Shown here piece by piece: positions 1-9,210 of a DNA stretch of 64,000 nucleotides. The position numbers and the translations under genes are program-made. Below the pieces are notes generated by a model that saw only the letters and a program-made list of their open reading frames with translations, ran no database searches and was not told where the DNA came from. The DNA is from Macrostomum lignano (taxonomy: Eukaryota): NCBI GenBank assembly GCA_002269645.1, contig NIVC01002482.1, forward strand, positions 62,304-126,303, given 5' to 3'. Within the stretch, counting starts at the first letter, position 1. Each line of letters begins with the position of its first letter.

Positions 1-480
1 GCTTCCGACTAGAAGGGGCTTTGCACTTACCTGCCAACTAGTGTCTTTTTGCTGTCTATCTCGAAGTCATAGCCGATGAAAAGGGACACTGCTGGGACTA
101 GATCGCATTGGCCATGCAGGTACAGAGGGGACTCGTGCAGGGGATTCTTGCAGTGGCGAGACTATGGGGTAGCTACATGTACTATTCCATTGCTAAATAC
201 GAAGAATTGTACTTTTGGCCTTCAACGCGCCAACTAGCCTCTCATAGCGCTGATGATAGACTAACTCGAACTTCAGAGACCGCATGATTCATTACCCGAG
301 CCGCTTGGCGAACCTAGAGTGCACAAAGTACATCTCTGGCGCCGGTTTTGCACTATTGGCAATTTTGCTCATTGATTTGATAGATTGATCGACTGAGAAC
401 TGCCTTGCCATTGGTCCACTGTGACCGGCGCCTACTAGCTTAGCTACTCATCTGAGCCATCGGCGAACAAAGAAATAAAA
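1..480. repeat. Diverged dispersed repeat, inverted homolog of 12520-13025
   Basis: Positions 1-160 align by eye at roughly 85% to the reverse complement of ~12860-13025; patchier similarity continues to ~480. Confidence 0.7.
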
Positions 481-813
481 CCGATAAAAATAACTGTTAG
501 ATTTAACCTTCTCCTTAGATCACTTCACACTTCAGATTGAATTGGAGTTTAGACTACTAGCAGTATTATTGAATGACTTCTGCCTCAGCAACAGCACTAC
601 TGAACAAAGTGAGCAAAAGTGTGCGCCTAATTCAGCTACTGAAACAGGGGACAGATAAGGAATCACCCAATCAAGCAAGTCTAGGCAGCCTCTCACCCAA
701 CCAATCAGAAACTCAACAGCCGGAGACCAGGTAATCCACAGCGACCGAATCGGCTTGATGCTTCGCAGCTGTAGACTCGGGATGATGCTGACACAATCTT
801 CGCAGATAGCTAG

Positions 814-1083
814 TGTTTTGATGGTTCATTCAATAAATTGAGTCTTCGCAGTAAGCGACTATTTTTCGGCTACTAGCCAACCGAACAAAACAACCAGCGT
901 GCGCACTCTCTCTGGAGAGGCTGATAACTATATATTGCAATAATTTTAAATAAATGGGGTGGGTGCTGCTGAACATTATAAATGGGGGCTGGGGCTGAAA
1001 CGTACGTATCAAAATCTCTGCTATGAAAGTTACGCGTAGGTGAATGAAAAGTACACTCGTACATGTAAGCCAACTCCTAAACA
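814..1083 (-). repeat. 3' LTR of BEL/Pao element
   Basis: Read base by base, identical to 7577-7846; TG...CA ends; the PPT abuts it. Confidence 0.95.
827..859 (-). other. Spliced-leader-like sequence in the 3' LTR
   Basis: Minus strand GTCGCTTACTGCGAAGACTCAATTTATTGAATG versus recalled M. lignano SL ...GTCTCTTACTGCGAAGACTCAATTTATTGCATG: 31/33 identical. The SL reference is from memory and needs checking. Confidence 0.75.
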
Positions 1084-1096
1084 TTCCCCCCTTCCT
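1084..1096 (-). promoter_or_regulatory. Polypurine tract (AGGAAGGGGGGAA)
   Basis: Pure purine run on the minus strand immediately 5' of the 3' LTR. Confidence 0.9.
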
Positions 1097-1690
1097 GACA
1101 GAGCAATGTCAGCAACAAAGACCGGAAACACTGAACTTGAGTACCTAGTAACCGAACGGACAAACTATGACCATAGCAAAAAAAAACATACAACGCCTGG
1201 GAACAGCACGAGAAGCGTGAGGGCTCAAAAGAGCTCAAAAGCCAAACTGAAAAGATGTTTCGGCACCCGCCACCAAGACTCGCAAATGAAAACAATGAAA
1301 ATGCGCAAGACCGCAAACTGAAATAAGTTACCACTAAACATAAAAAAATATAAAAATTTGCAACTCAGCTTAACTCGCAATTTTAATAAAGTCGAAAATG
1401 GTTGACAGAAAAAACCCATCACCGTAACTTAACAGAAACTTCAAACAGCTCAAACTCAAAGGAAAAACAAATGCGCCAACTGCGCTCCAAAAAAATCTGA
1501 TCCCAAAAAAAACCATGAACAAAAACAGACACAACCAATAATCAAAAAGGCAACGGCTTGAAAAGCCCAAAACTGGCAGAAAGCCTACTGAACGCACACG
1601 ATACAGTACAAACAATTTGAAAACTCAGCGTAAACTCGGAAAAGTCCGGAAAAGAAAACAAACAGTTCTTAAGCAAATGATCAACTCCTC

Positions 1691-4600
1691 TCACTCGAGA
1701 TAGCACAGTTTGCTCACAGGCCGCACGAATACCGTCCCACCGACCTGGACCTTGGCCACCCGGACTCGATTGTCTGAACCTGGGTAGACTTCGACTACTC
1801 GTCCCAACGGCCAGTGTCCCCGCGGTGAGTCTGCTTTGATGACGAGAACGACATCACCTGGCTGTAAATCACGCTGCGGTCCCGCCCACTTGGCTCTCGG
1901 CTGCAACCCTGGCAGCCATTCGCGCATCCAGCGTCGCCAGACGTGCCTCACGAGTTCTTGGACGCGCCGCCACCGCCGCCTCGGGTCAGCCGCGACGTCG
2001 TCGGGCACATCCGGCGCGAATTGTCCACCAGCTTGACCGTGCAGGAAATGGTTTGGCGTTAGTGGCTCTTCGTCTCTCGGATTCGCCGATTGATAGGTGA
2101 TGGGGCGCGAGTTGATAAGCGCCTCCGCTCCAGTGATCGCTGACTGAAGCTCCTCGTCGGTGACATCTGCGCTGCCCAGAATCGCGTGTAGCGCTCGCTT
2201 CGCAGCCCGAATCATCACCTCGTGGGCTCCACCAAAGTGCGGGGCGGCTGGCGGCTGGAAGTTCCACTTGACTCGCTGCTTGGATGTCTCGCGACTGATC
2301 CTTGTCCTGTCCAGCTCCTCCAGAAGTCGCAGTTCATCTGCACCTTTTACAAAGTTGCCACCGTTGTCAGAATACATAGCCTTGGGTAAGCCACGCCTGT
2401 TCACCATTCGGTAGAAGGCGTTCAAGAAAGAGTCCGCGTCAAGGCTGTAGGTCATCTCGAGGTGTACCGCTCGCGTCTCGAGGCATGTGAACAGCGCCAA
2501 ATAGCGTTTCTGCCTCTTCTTAAATCGGCCTTGAATAGTGACGAACGGCCCTCCCATGTCGACGGCTACGTTCGTGAAGGCTTTTAAGGATCCTGCGACA
2601 CGGGCATCAGGCAGTGGCGCCATCTGTTGTACGATGGGACGAGCTTTCTCTCTCTTGCACACAGCGCATTCAACCTCCCACTCGCGAATAGCTTCCCGAG
2701 CACAGATAACCCAATACTTGGCTGACAGCGCCGCCAGAGTTTGGTTAGTCCCACCATGGCTCTGCTGCTCGTGATATTGTTTGATGATCAGCTTGGTGAT
2801 CCAATGCTTCCGCGGCAAAATAGATGGATGTCTTGCTGCAAATGGCGCCTGTGGCCTGAATTTCAACCGGCCATCCACTCGTAGGACTCCTGCTGCATCA
2901 CGTACCGGCTGCAAGCACCGCAGCTTCTTCTCGTTCACTGTATCCGTCTTGAACGCTTCCTCCTGAGCTAACCTTACCAAACGCTCCTCGACCTCCTCGA
3001 GCTCATCCACCAACAGCTCACCGCCGCTCCGCTGATACTTCTCCGTCTGACAGTTCCGAATGAACCGCAACACCCAAGCGAAGACGCGCTGCAGTCGATG
3101 GAAACTAGAGAATCGCTCTGGTTTGAGTCGCCAGCCTGTCTTGTCTTCTTCATCGGTGGTGACCAGACATACGGGCTCTGCACAACGCTTCTGGATGCTT
3201 GCTAGCTCTCTTCGACGGGTATTCGCCTCAGTAGTTTCTGGCGCAACTGGAATCGGCATTTCTGGCCAATCGTTTGAGCACCTCGCCAAGAATCCAGGGC
3301 CGTTCCACCACAGCTCGTTGTCCATCAGCTCTTGCACACTGCAGCCACGGGATGCCACATCCGCTGGATTCAGACCTGTTGGAACGTACCGCCATTGATT
3401 TGGCTGCACCTGCTGCTGGATGAAGGCGACTCGGTTCGCAACGAAAGGCTTGAACGCTCTACTCTGCCTGCGAATCCACCAAAGCACATTGTGACTGTCA
3501 CTCCAAAACACCACAGACTCAATCGCGATCTCCAACGCCTCGGCCACTGCCCTTGCGAGCCGAAGTCCTAGGACTGCCGCCATCAACTCCAGTCGAGGGA
3601 TGCTCACCGCCATCAATGGTGCTACCTTAGCCTTTGCAGCAACGAAACGGACCGTCGTCTTACTCATCGTTTCGCTCCGCAGATATACGACGGCTCCGTA
3701 GGCCTCTTGCGATGCGTCTACAAACGAGTGAAGTTCGATGGATCCGTTGTCTGGACGCAGACACCGAGGCACGGCTAGTCTCGTAGCTTTGGAGAGCTCA
3801 CTGGTCCACTGAAACGCTTGATCAGCCAACTCAGGATCCAACGCTTCATCCCACCCAACACCTTGTTGCCATGCCAACTGCAGCATTATCTTTCCTGTGA
3901 TAACTACCGGAGCTAGGAAGCCACAGGGGTCAAACACCTCGGCCACACCGCGCAAAAGCAGTCTCTTCGTCATCACCTTGCCGCTAGCATTCGACTCGCT
4001 GATGGAAATTCCTAGGACGTCCTCTTTCGCATTCCAATTCACTCCAAGCGCCTTAGCGGTTCGGGCCTCACCTTTCAATAGCAACTCGGCGCGTTCTGCG
4101 CGGTCCTCGACTGGAACGTGTTGCAGCACTTCTAACGAATTCGACATCCATTTGCAAGCTCGCATCCCTGCCTTGCTCCATAATTCTACGAGTTGTTGGA
4201 AGAGTTTCACCGCTTGGCCAACGGTTTCTACGGAGTCTAGACTGTCGTCCATATAAGTGGAATGCAGCACGGTGTTGGCCGCCAGCGGCAGCTGTTGCTG
4301 ATAGTGTCGCGCATTCTCCTGTGCCACAAACTGAGCCAGAAACGGAGAGCAGTTTACGCCAAATACCACACTGCAGAACTCATAGCTCTTCGGCGTTTGC
4401 TTCAAGTCTAAGTCTCGCCACAGAAATCGGAAAAATCTTCTGTCCTCCGGCGCAATTCGAACTCTCAGATACATCTCCTCGATGTCGGCTGCTAGCGCCA
4501 CGGGATGCTTCCGGAACCGTAGGAGCACCTTTAGCAAATCCTGCTGCAACTTCGGTCCCGTATGAATGGTGTCATTTAGGCAGACCCCATTGCTCCGAGC

Positions 4601-5299
4601 CGCTGCATCAAACACAATTCGAACTTTGGTCGTCTCCTTATCGGCCCGCACTATCGCGAAATGCGGCAAGAACCACTGGCCAGCCTGACTTGGCTCGCTG
4701 ATGCCGACCTCCCGCACATAGCCTTTTGCCAGATGCTTGTCTATCACAGCCTGGTACGCCTTCGCTAGCTCCGGGTTCTTCAGCAAGCGCTTTTCTGTGC
4801 TGACGAGACGCTGTAGGGCAGCTTCGTTGTTCATAGGTAGTTCTTCCGGATTCTTTTTCCAAGGAATCGCCACTTGAAACCTGCCGTTCTCCATCTTCAA
4901 GGATGCTCGTGTCGCTTCTACGATCTTTTGATCTTCAGCGGACATTCTGGCCTGCTGTCCTCCATCTGGCACTTCATCGATCTCCCACATCTTCCGCAGA
5001 AGATCAGATGCCTCGTTCTCCGCCGTCACCGTAAAGAATGTCTGCTGCTGCTGCTCTTCTGCAGTTCCTACTTGATTCACTGGTCCAACGCAGGTCCACC
5101 CAATTGGCGTCAGTCTGGCAATCGGCTCTCCAGGTTGCCCACCTACTTCGCGACAGGCAAAGTGCAAGTCTGCATTGTCCACACCAATGAGCATATCCAC
5201 AGTCTGCTTCCCTTTAATTTTGTCGAACGGCACGCCCCTCAGATGAGCCCAACGCTTTGCAAGCTGGCTCCAATCTACGGCTTCCATCCCACCGGTCAC
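1691..5299 (-). CDS. BEL/Pao pol: reverse transcriptase, RNase H, integrase
   Basis: YMDD RT motif; Pao RNase H IELHSFVDASQEAYGAVVY; integrase H..H..C..C and DDE (VAVDMGGP, YSDNGGNF, FGGAHE); C-terminal W-rich domain. Confidence 0.95.
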   Translation of the reverse strand: MTGGMEAVDWSQLAKRWAHLRGVPFDKIKGKQTVDMLIGVDNADLHFACREVGGQPGEPIARLTPIGWTCVGPVNQVGTAEEQQQQTFFTVTAENEASDLLRKMWEIDEVPDGGQQARMSAEDQKIVEATRASLKMENGRFQVAIPWKKNPEELPMNNEAALQRLVSTEKRLLKNPELAKAYQAVIDKHLAKGYVREVGISEPSQAGQWFLPHFAIVRADKETTKVRIVFDAAARSNGVCLNDTIHTGPKLQQDLLKVLLRFRKHPVALAADIEEMYLRVRIAPEDRRFFRFLWRDLDLKQTPKSYEFCSVVFGVNCSPFLAQFVAQENARHYQQQLPLAANTVLHSTYMDDSLDSVETVGQAVKLFQQLVELWSKAGMRACKWMSNSLEVLQHVPVEDRAERAELLLKGEARTAKALGVNWNAKEDVLGISISESNASGKVMTKRLLLRGVAEVFDPCGFLAPVVITGKIMLQLAWQQGVGWDEALDPELADQAFQWTSELSKATRLAVPRCLRPDNGSIELHSFVDASQEAYGAVVYLRSETMSKTTVRFVAAKAKVAPLMAVSIPRLELMAAVLGLRLARAVAEALEIAIESVVFWSDSHNVLWWIRRQSRAFKPFVANRVAFIQQQVQPNQWRYVPTGLNPADVASRGCSVQELMDNELWWNGPGFLARCSNDWPEMPIPVAPETTEANTRRRELASIQKRCAEPVCLVTTDEEDKTGWRLKPERFSSFHRLQRVFAWVLRFIRNCQTEKYQRSGGELLVDELEEVEERLVRLAQEEAFKTDTVNEKKLRCLQPVRDAAGVLRVDGRLKFRPQAPFAARHPSILPRKHWITKLIIKQYHEQQSHGGTNQTLAALSAKYWVICAREAIREWEVECAVCKREKARPIVQQMAPLPDARVAGSLKAFTNVAVDMGGPFVTIQGRFKKRQKRYLALFTCLETRAVHLEMTYSLDADSFLNAFYRMVNRRGLPKAMYSDNGGNFVKGADELRLLEELDRTRISRETSKQRVKWNFQPPAAPHFGGAHEVMIRAAKRALHAILGSADVTDEELQSAITGAEALINSRPITYQSANPRDEEPLTPNHFLHGQAGGQFAPDVPDDVAADPRRRWRRVQELVRHVWRRWMREWLPGLQPRAKWAGPQRDLQPGDVVLVIKADSPRGHWPLGRVVEVYPGSDNRVRVAKVQVGGTVFVRPVSKLCYLE

Positions 5300-6714
5300 T
5301 TTCTCAGTTGTGTGGGCCGTAACTGTGGCACGAAAGGCGCCGTCCAGACTGCGGATGTCGACCTCAACCGGAACGTCTGAAAGGTGCTCACCTGGCCGTT
5401 CAGAACCTTTACCGTCATCGGTTCGAGGTTGCCTTCCAAGCCGAGTTCCGCTGCAACGTCAGAGTTCAGGTACGACCGGGTGCTAGCGTCGTCCAGCAAG
5501 ACATTCACTCGGACTTCCCGACCGCCGTTGGATAAAATCACGGGCACAGTCCTCAGCGCTATTGACGGCGATGTTCTGGCCAGTAAAGTGCATGCCTCTT
5601 GCGGCTCTTGAACTGTGCTCTTCTTCTCCTGGAAGGACTTTGGTCTTTCGATCGTTTTGGGCGACCCCCCTTCATGCGGATTCGCCGTTGTCGCCGCCGG
5701 CCCTCGTTGATGCAGCAGCCGATTATGGTTTGCTTTGCAGCCATCAACACCGCACACTCTCGCTCGCTTGCACGCACCGGCTAGATGGTTTGCTCCCAAG
5801 CAGCAGAAGCACAGGCGCTTGTCACGAACCGTCGCCCATCTGGCTCCAGGTTCCATTCGTTGAAACCTTGGGCAGCTCCAAACTCCGTGCTGTTCTCCGC
5901 AGAGACCACAACCTTTTCGCCCTTCCGCCTGTTCTTTGTTTTGGCTATTCGAATCATTCGTCTTCACAAAAAACGAGCGTGCTGCGGCTGCCCCTCGGGA
6001 AACAGTTTTCTTGGCTTTTACACTGTCGTGCCGTCCGGTCTCACCGGAAGAAGCCACGCCTCTTACCGCCTCACACGCTACTGTCATGTACTCTGCCTCC
6101 GTCAGAAGCCATCGATGCAACGTTCTGAGCGAATCTTCTTTCCTAGCTTCTCCGATCCACCGATGAAAACGAGCTAGGGTTTCGGTTGGCAGCTTCTTTT
6201 GCACTCTCAAGTACATAAGTCCATTGTTGCTTAGCTCACTCTCTCGCCCTGCAGCCTGTAGATTAACTACCGTAACATCCAGCAAGTCGGCCAGCTTTTT
6301 TAATTGACTTGCATTCTCTATCTGAATAGGTTGGAAACTATCCAAGTCCTCCAGTGCCAGCATCAGTCTTCGTCTCTCTCCACCATACTCCCGCTCAAGC
6401 CTTTCCAGAGCCGCTTTGTAGGCGAACTCCGAGTAGCCAAGATTCGCAACAAGTTTTAATGCCTCTCCTCGCAGCGACTGGCGCAATTGCAACAACTTAT
6501 AGGCTTCTGAAGATGGCGAGGCATGCACGCAGGCATAGAAAGCCGCCCGCCATCCTTCAAACTCCCGTTTGTCTCCACTAAACACCGGTATCGCAACTCT
6601 CTGCAACTGCCTCCACATATCCTGACCGATTCTTTCCTCAGCCCAAGCTTTCGCTGTACATTCTGCTGCGGCGGCCGGTGAAGCCCCAATTGGCGAATTA
6701 GCTCCACCGTACAT
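5296..6714 (-). CDS. BEL/Pao gag core, three Cys/His knuckles and aspartic protease
   Basis: FSGDKREFEGWRAAF (DUF1759-like), CGLCGEQHGVWSC / CFCCLGANHLAGAC / CGVDGCKANHNRLLH, protease LLDDASTRSY. The frame is open from 6828. Confidence 0.88.
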   Translation of the reverse strand: MYGGANSPIGASPAAAAECTAKAWAEERIGQDMWRQLQRVAIPVFSGDKREFEGWRAAFYACVHASPSSEAYKLLQLRQSLRGEALKLVANLGYSEFAYKAALERLEREYGGERRRLMLALEDLDSFQPIQIENASQLKKLADLLDVTVVNLQAAGRESELSNNGLMYLRVQKKLPTETLARFHRWIGEARKEDSLRTLHRWLLTEAEYMTVACEAVRGVASSGETGRHDSVKAKKTVSRGAAAARSFFVKTNDSNSQNKEQAEGRKGCGLCGEQHGVWSCPRFQRMEPGARWATVRDKRLCFCCLGANHLAGACKRARVCGVDGCKANHNRLLHQRGPAATTANPHEGGSPKTIERPKSFQEKKSTVQEPQEACTLLARTSPSIALRTVPVILSNGGREVRVNVLLDDASTRSYLNSDVAAELGLEGNLEPMTVKVLNGQVSTFQTFRLRSTSAVWTAPFVPQLRPTQLRK

Positions 6715-6809
6715 AGCTTGGATACCTAGCTGTCCGCGGGGTTGGTTAGAATCAGCGTGGTCACACTTGCCGCCAGTTGGGGTGGGTGGTATTGATTTTT
6801 TTCCGGCCT

Positions 6810-7514
6810 TTACTCTCTCACCCCTTGCTCAGCGCTCCTTAGTTGATCTGACCCTCCCCCAATTAAGGGGTTGACTGAAGGGTCGGCTTGAACCATGGGG
6901 TTGGCGACTGGTACTGAGTACGCAGCTTGCGATTGGACGGCCGCTTCTACCCGTAGTTGAGAGGAGTACAATTGATCATTTGCACTCGCTGACGTCTCTG
7001 CCAGTCTTAGCGCATCCAATCTGACATCTAACTCGCGCTGCCTCTCTGCAAACTCCTGCTGCATTCTGCGCTCCTCCTCCTCCATCTCTATCCGCTGCCG
7101 CCTGACTGCCTCCAACTCCTTCTGTCGCATCTCTTTCTGCTCGATCTCCCTCGACTCTAGTCGCACCTCTCGTTCCCTCTTGCGCAATTCTCTCAGCAAA
7201 TTTACAATCTCACCGTACTCAGTCTCCAGCTTTTCCAACTCCTTTACTGTCTGGACTTGCACTGGTAGATTCCCGACGACCTCGGGCAGAATCGCTTGTA
7301 GCACCGCACTAACTCGCTCGTAGTGGTCATCCAGAGTGCCGGCCAGCGGTTCCACGTCCGCTAAAGTAGCTCCGTCCGAGCCCAATACCTTCAGTAGACG
7401 ATTCCGCTGCTTCGTGAACGCGCACTTGTCGACCGCTTTTCTGGCCTTCAGCAAAATGAGACGGCTGTCTCCCTCCGGCACTTGTTCTTGCATCTCTGCT
7501 TCTTCATCAGACAT
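6810..7514 (-). CDS. BEL/Pao gag N-terminal coiled-coil region (separated from the rest by a -1 frame break)
   Basis: 234-aa ORF starting 42 nt after the PBS; E/R/Q-rich helical sequence; overlaps the next open frame at 6810-6828. Confidence 0.75.
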   Translation of the reverse strand: MSDEEAEMQEQVPEGDSRLILLKARKAVDKCAFTKQRNRLLKVLGSDGATLADVEPLAGTLDDHYERVSAVLQAILPEVVGNLPVQVQTVKELEKLETEYGEIVNLLRELRKREREVRLESREIEQKEMRQKELEAVRRQRIEMEEEERRMQQEFAERQRELDVRLDALRLAETSASANDQLYSSQLRVEAAVQSQAAYSVPVANPMVQADPSVNPLIGGGSDQLRSAEQGVRE

Positions 7515-7556
7515 CTTTTACCAATGAAGTAGAACCACAAGTAGAACCACAAGTAG

Positions 7557-7574
7557 AACCACGCTCTGCTACCA
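7557..7574 (-). promoter_or_regulatory. Primer-binding site, tRNA-iMet type (TGGTAGCAGAGCGTGGTT)
   Basis: Starts 2 nt after the 5' LTR. Complementary to the conserved 3' end of eukaryotic initiator tRNA-Met (...AACCACGCTCTGCTACCA). Confidence 0.85.
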
Positions 7575-7576
7575 GA

Positions 7577-7846
7577 TGTTTTGATGGTTCATTCAATAAA
7601 TTGAGTCTTCGCAGTAAGCGACTATTTTTCGGCTACTAGCCAACCGAACAAAACAACCAGCGTGCGCACTCTCTCTGGAGAGGCTGATAACTATATATTG
7701 CAATAATTTTAAATAAATGGGGTGGGTGCTGCTGAACATTATAAATGGGGGCTGGGGCTGAAACGTACGTATCAAAATCTCTGCTATGAAAGTTACGCGT
7801 AGGTGAATGAAAAGTACACTCGTACATGTAAGCCAACTCCTAAACA
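7577..7846 (-). repeat. 5' LTR of BEL/Pao element
   Basis: Identical to 814-1083; followed after 2 nt by the PBS on the minus strand. Confidence 0.95.
7590..7622 (-). other. Spliced-leader-like sequence in the 5' LTR
   Basis: Same 33-mer as 827-859; it ends 13 nt before the LTR end and PBS. Confidence 0.75.
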
Positions 7847-9114
7847 GCTAGTAGGTGATGTCTTAACTTTGATGTTCGCTGCTGGTGACCGGGGGACTCG
7901 TCCTTGATGATGAGGGGGAAGTCGCAATCCGGGGATCAAGAAACGACGGTCGGGCTGAGGGAACCAGAAATATTGGGAGAGAGCCGGTTGAGGTCCGAGC
8001 GGGCCAAAAACACCGGTTTAAATAGCCGCCAACTGGACCACAGTTTGTTATAATGGAACACGTCGATTCTGATTGGCTGAGCCGTTTTGTTAAAATGAGC
8101 GCCGAATTTTCTGATTGGCTAAGCTGGTTGCCACCCAGAATCACGTGACCGGGAGATCCTATCAGTTCCCACAGGGTCGTAAAAAGATGACAGGTGCGGC
8201 CATAAATCACTCAAAATCGCAACAAAATGATATATGACCTTTCGCGTAGGATTGACAGAAATTAATGAAAAAATATACATTAGAAAGCTCTTATTAAATA
8301 GAAAGTGAAGATAATGAAGAGAAATCGCTAATCGCTAATCCCAAGGTACTTTTAGGGGTAAAACGCATAGCTGTCAAAGCTGTCACACGCTTGAGTGAAC
8401 CCGAACAATAGGCTCTGACCTCATAAATCTTGATGGCCTGTCAAAATGATGAGAAAAAAGCTACCGCCCGCATCCTCTCAGACCATCTGGCGCCCGCCTC
8501 AACACTGAGTGAGGCGCAGGTGGCTGTCAGACCAGCTTCGAAAGCGATGATTTATGATCCAAAAAGCTGCGCCTATGTTATTTTGACTACTAGTATGACC
8601 AAACATTATATCAAGTATAGATTCTATGACTATTCGCAGAAAAAGGATAAAAATGCCCATTGCCCACTGTTAGTAGGCTAGTAAGTTTAGAGCCCATGTG
8701 CTAGCGCGGGGTTTGGAAAAAAGTGCGTCCTCATCACATGGTTCATAATCATATGTACATGTACACGTATACATGTAATCTGTGAAACTGATGTTGATCA
8801 ATTCAGAAGGCTGCCATTATACATGTAGCTGCCATAAAAGTATTGAAGTTTGCGGTGTGCATCGAAACAATACATTAAATAACCCTTGAAATCATTCAGG
8901 AGGTAATACTGATATACATGTAGTCTCGGCCGACTGACCTCTTTTATCTGAACAGGTGCAGATGACCCTTTATTTAAGTGTATAGATATAACAAAGTCAG
9001 TAAGTCAATGACGAAATCAACGCACAACAATAAAATATGACGAGTTTTAACTATTAACTCTTGTTCATAATCATGAGTAATCTTACAGACTAATAAACTT
9101 TCATTTTTAAAACG

Positions 9115-9210
9115 TGTCACCGAATTGTCTAAATTTGTCACCGAAACGTCCTAAAGTGTCACCGAAAAGGTTGTCACCGAAACGTCTTGTCACCGAAATG
9201 TCCAGGGACC
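9115..9210. repeat. Cluster of short GTCACCGAAA motifs (subterminal-repeat-like)
   Basis: Five GTCACCGAA motifs in ~90 bp. Confidence 0.6.

Larger units (their letters stand above)
814..7846 (-). mobile_element. Full-length BEL/Pao LTR retrotransposon, very recent insertion
   Basis: Two identical 270-bp LTRs (814-1083, 7577-7846) with TGTTT...AAACA termini. 5-bp TSD GCTAG at 809-813 and 7847-7851. PBS and PPT present. Internal gag-protease-RT-RNaseH-integrase order typical of BEL/Pao. Confidence 0.96.

Noticed and set aside
248-275. CTGATGA...CGAA resembling a hammerhead ribozyme core
   Set aside because: Stem II and the GAAA/stem III geometry do not form, and the motif is not evident in the homologous copy.
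797-810. TCTTCGCAG just outside the BEL insertion matches part of the SL-like LTR block
   Set aside because: Only 9 bp, noticed post hoc; insufficient to claim homology-guided targeting.
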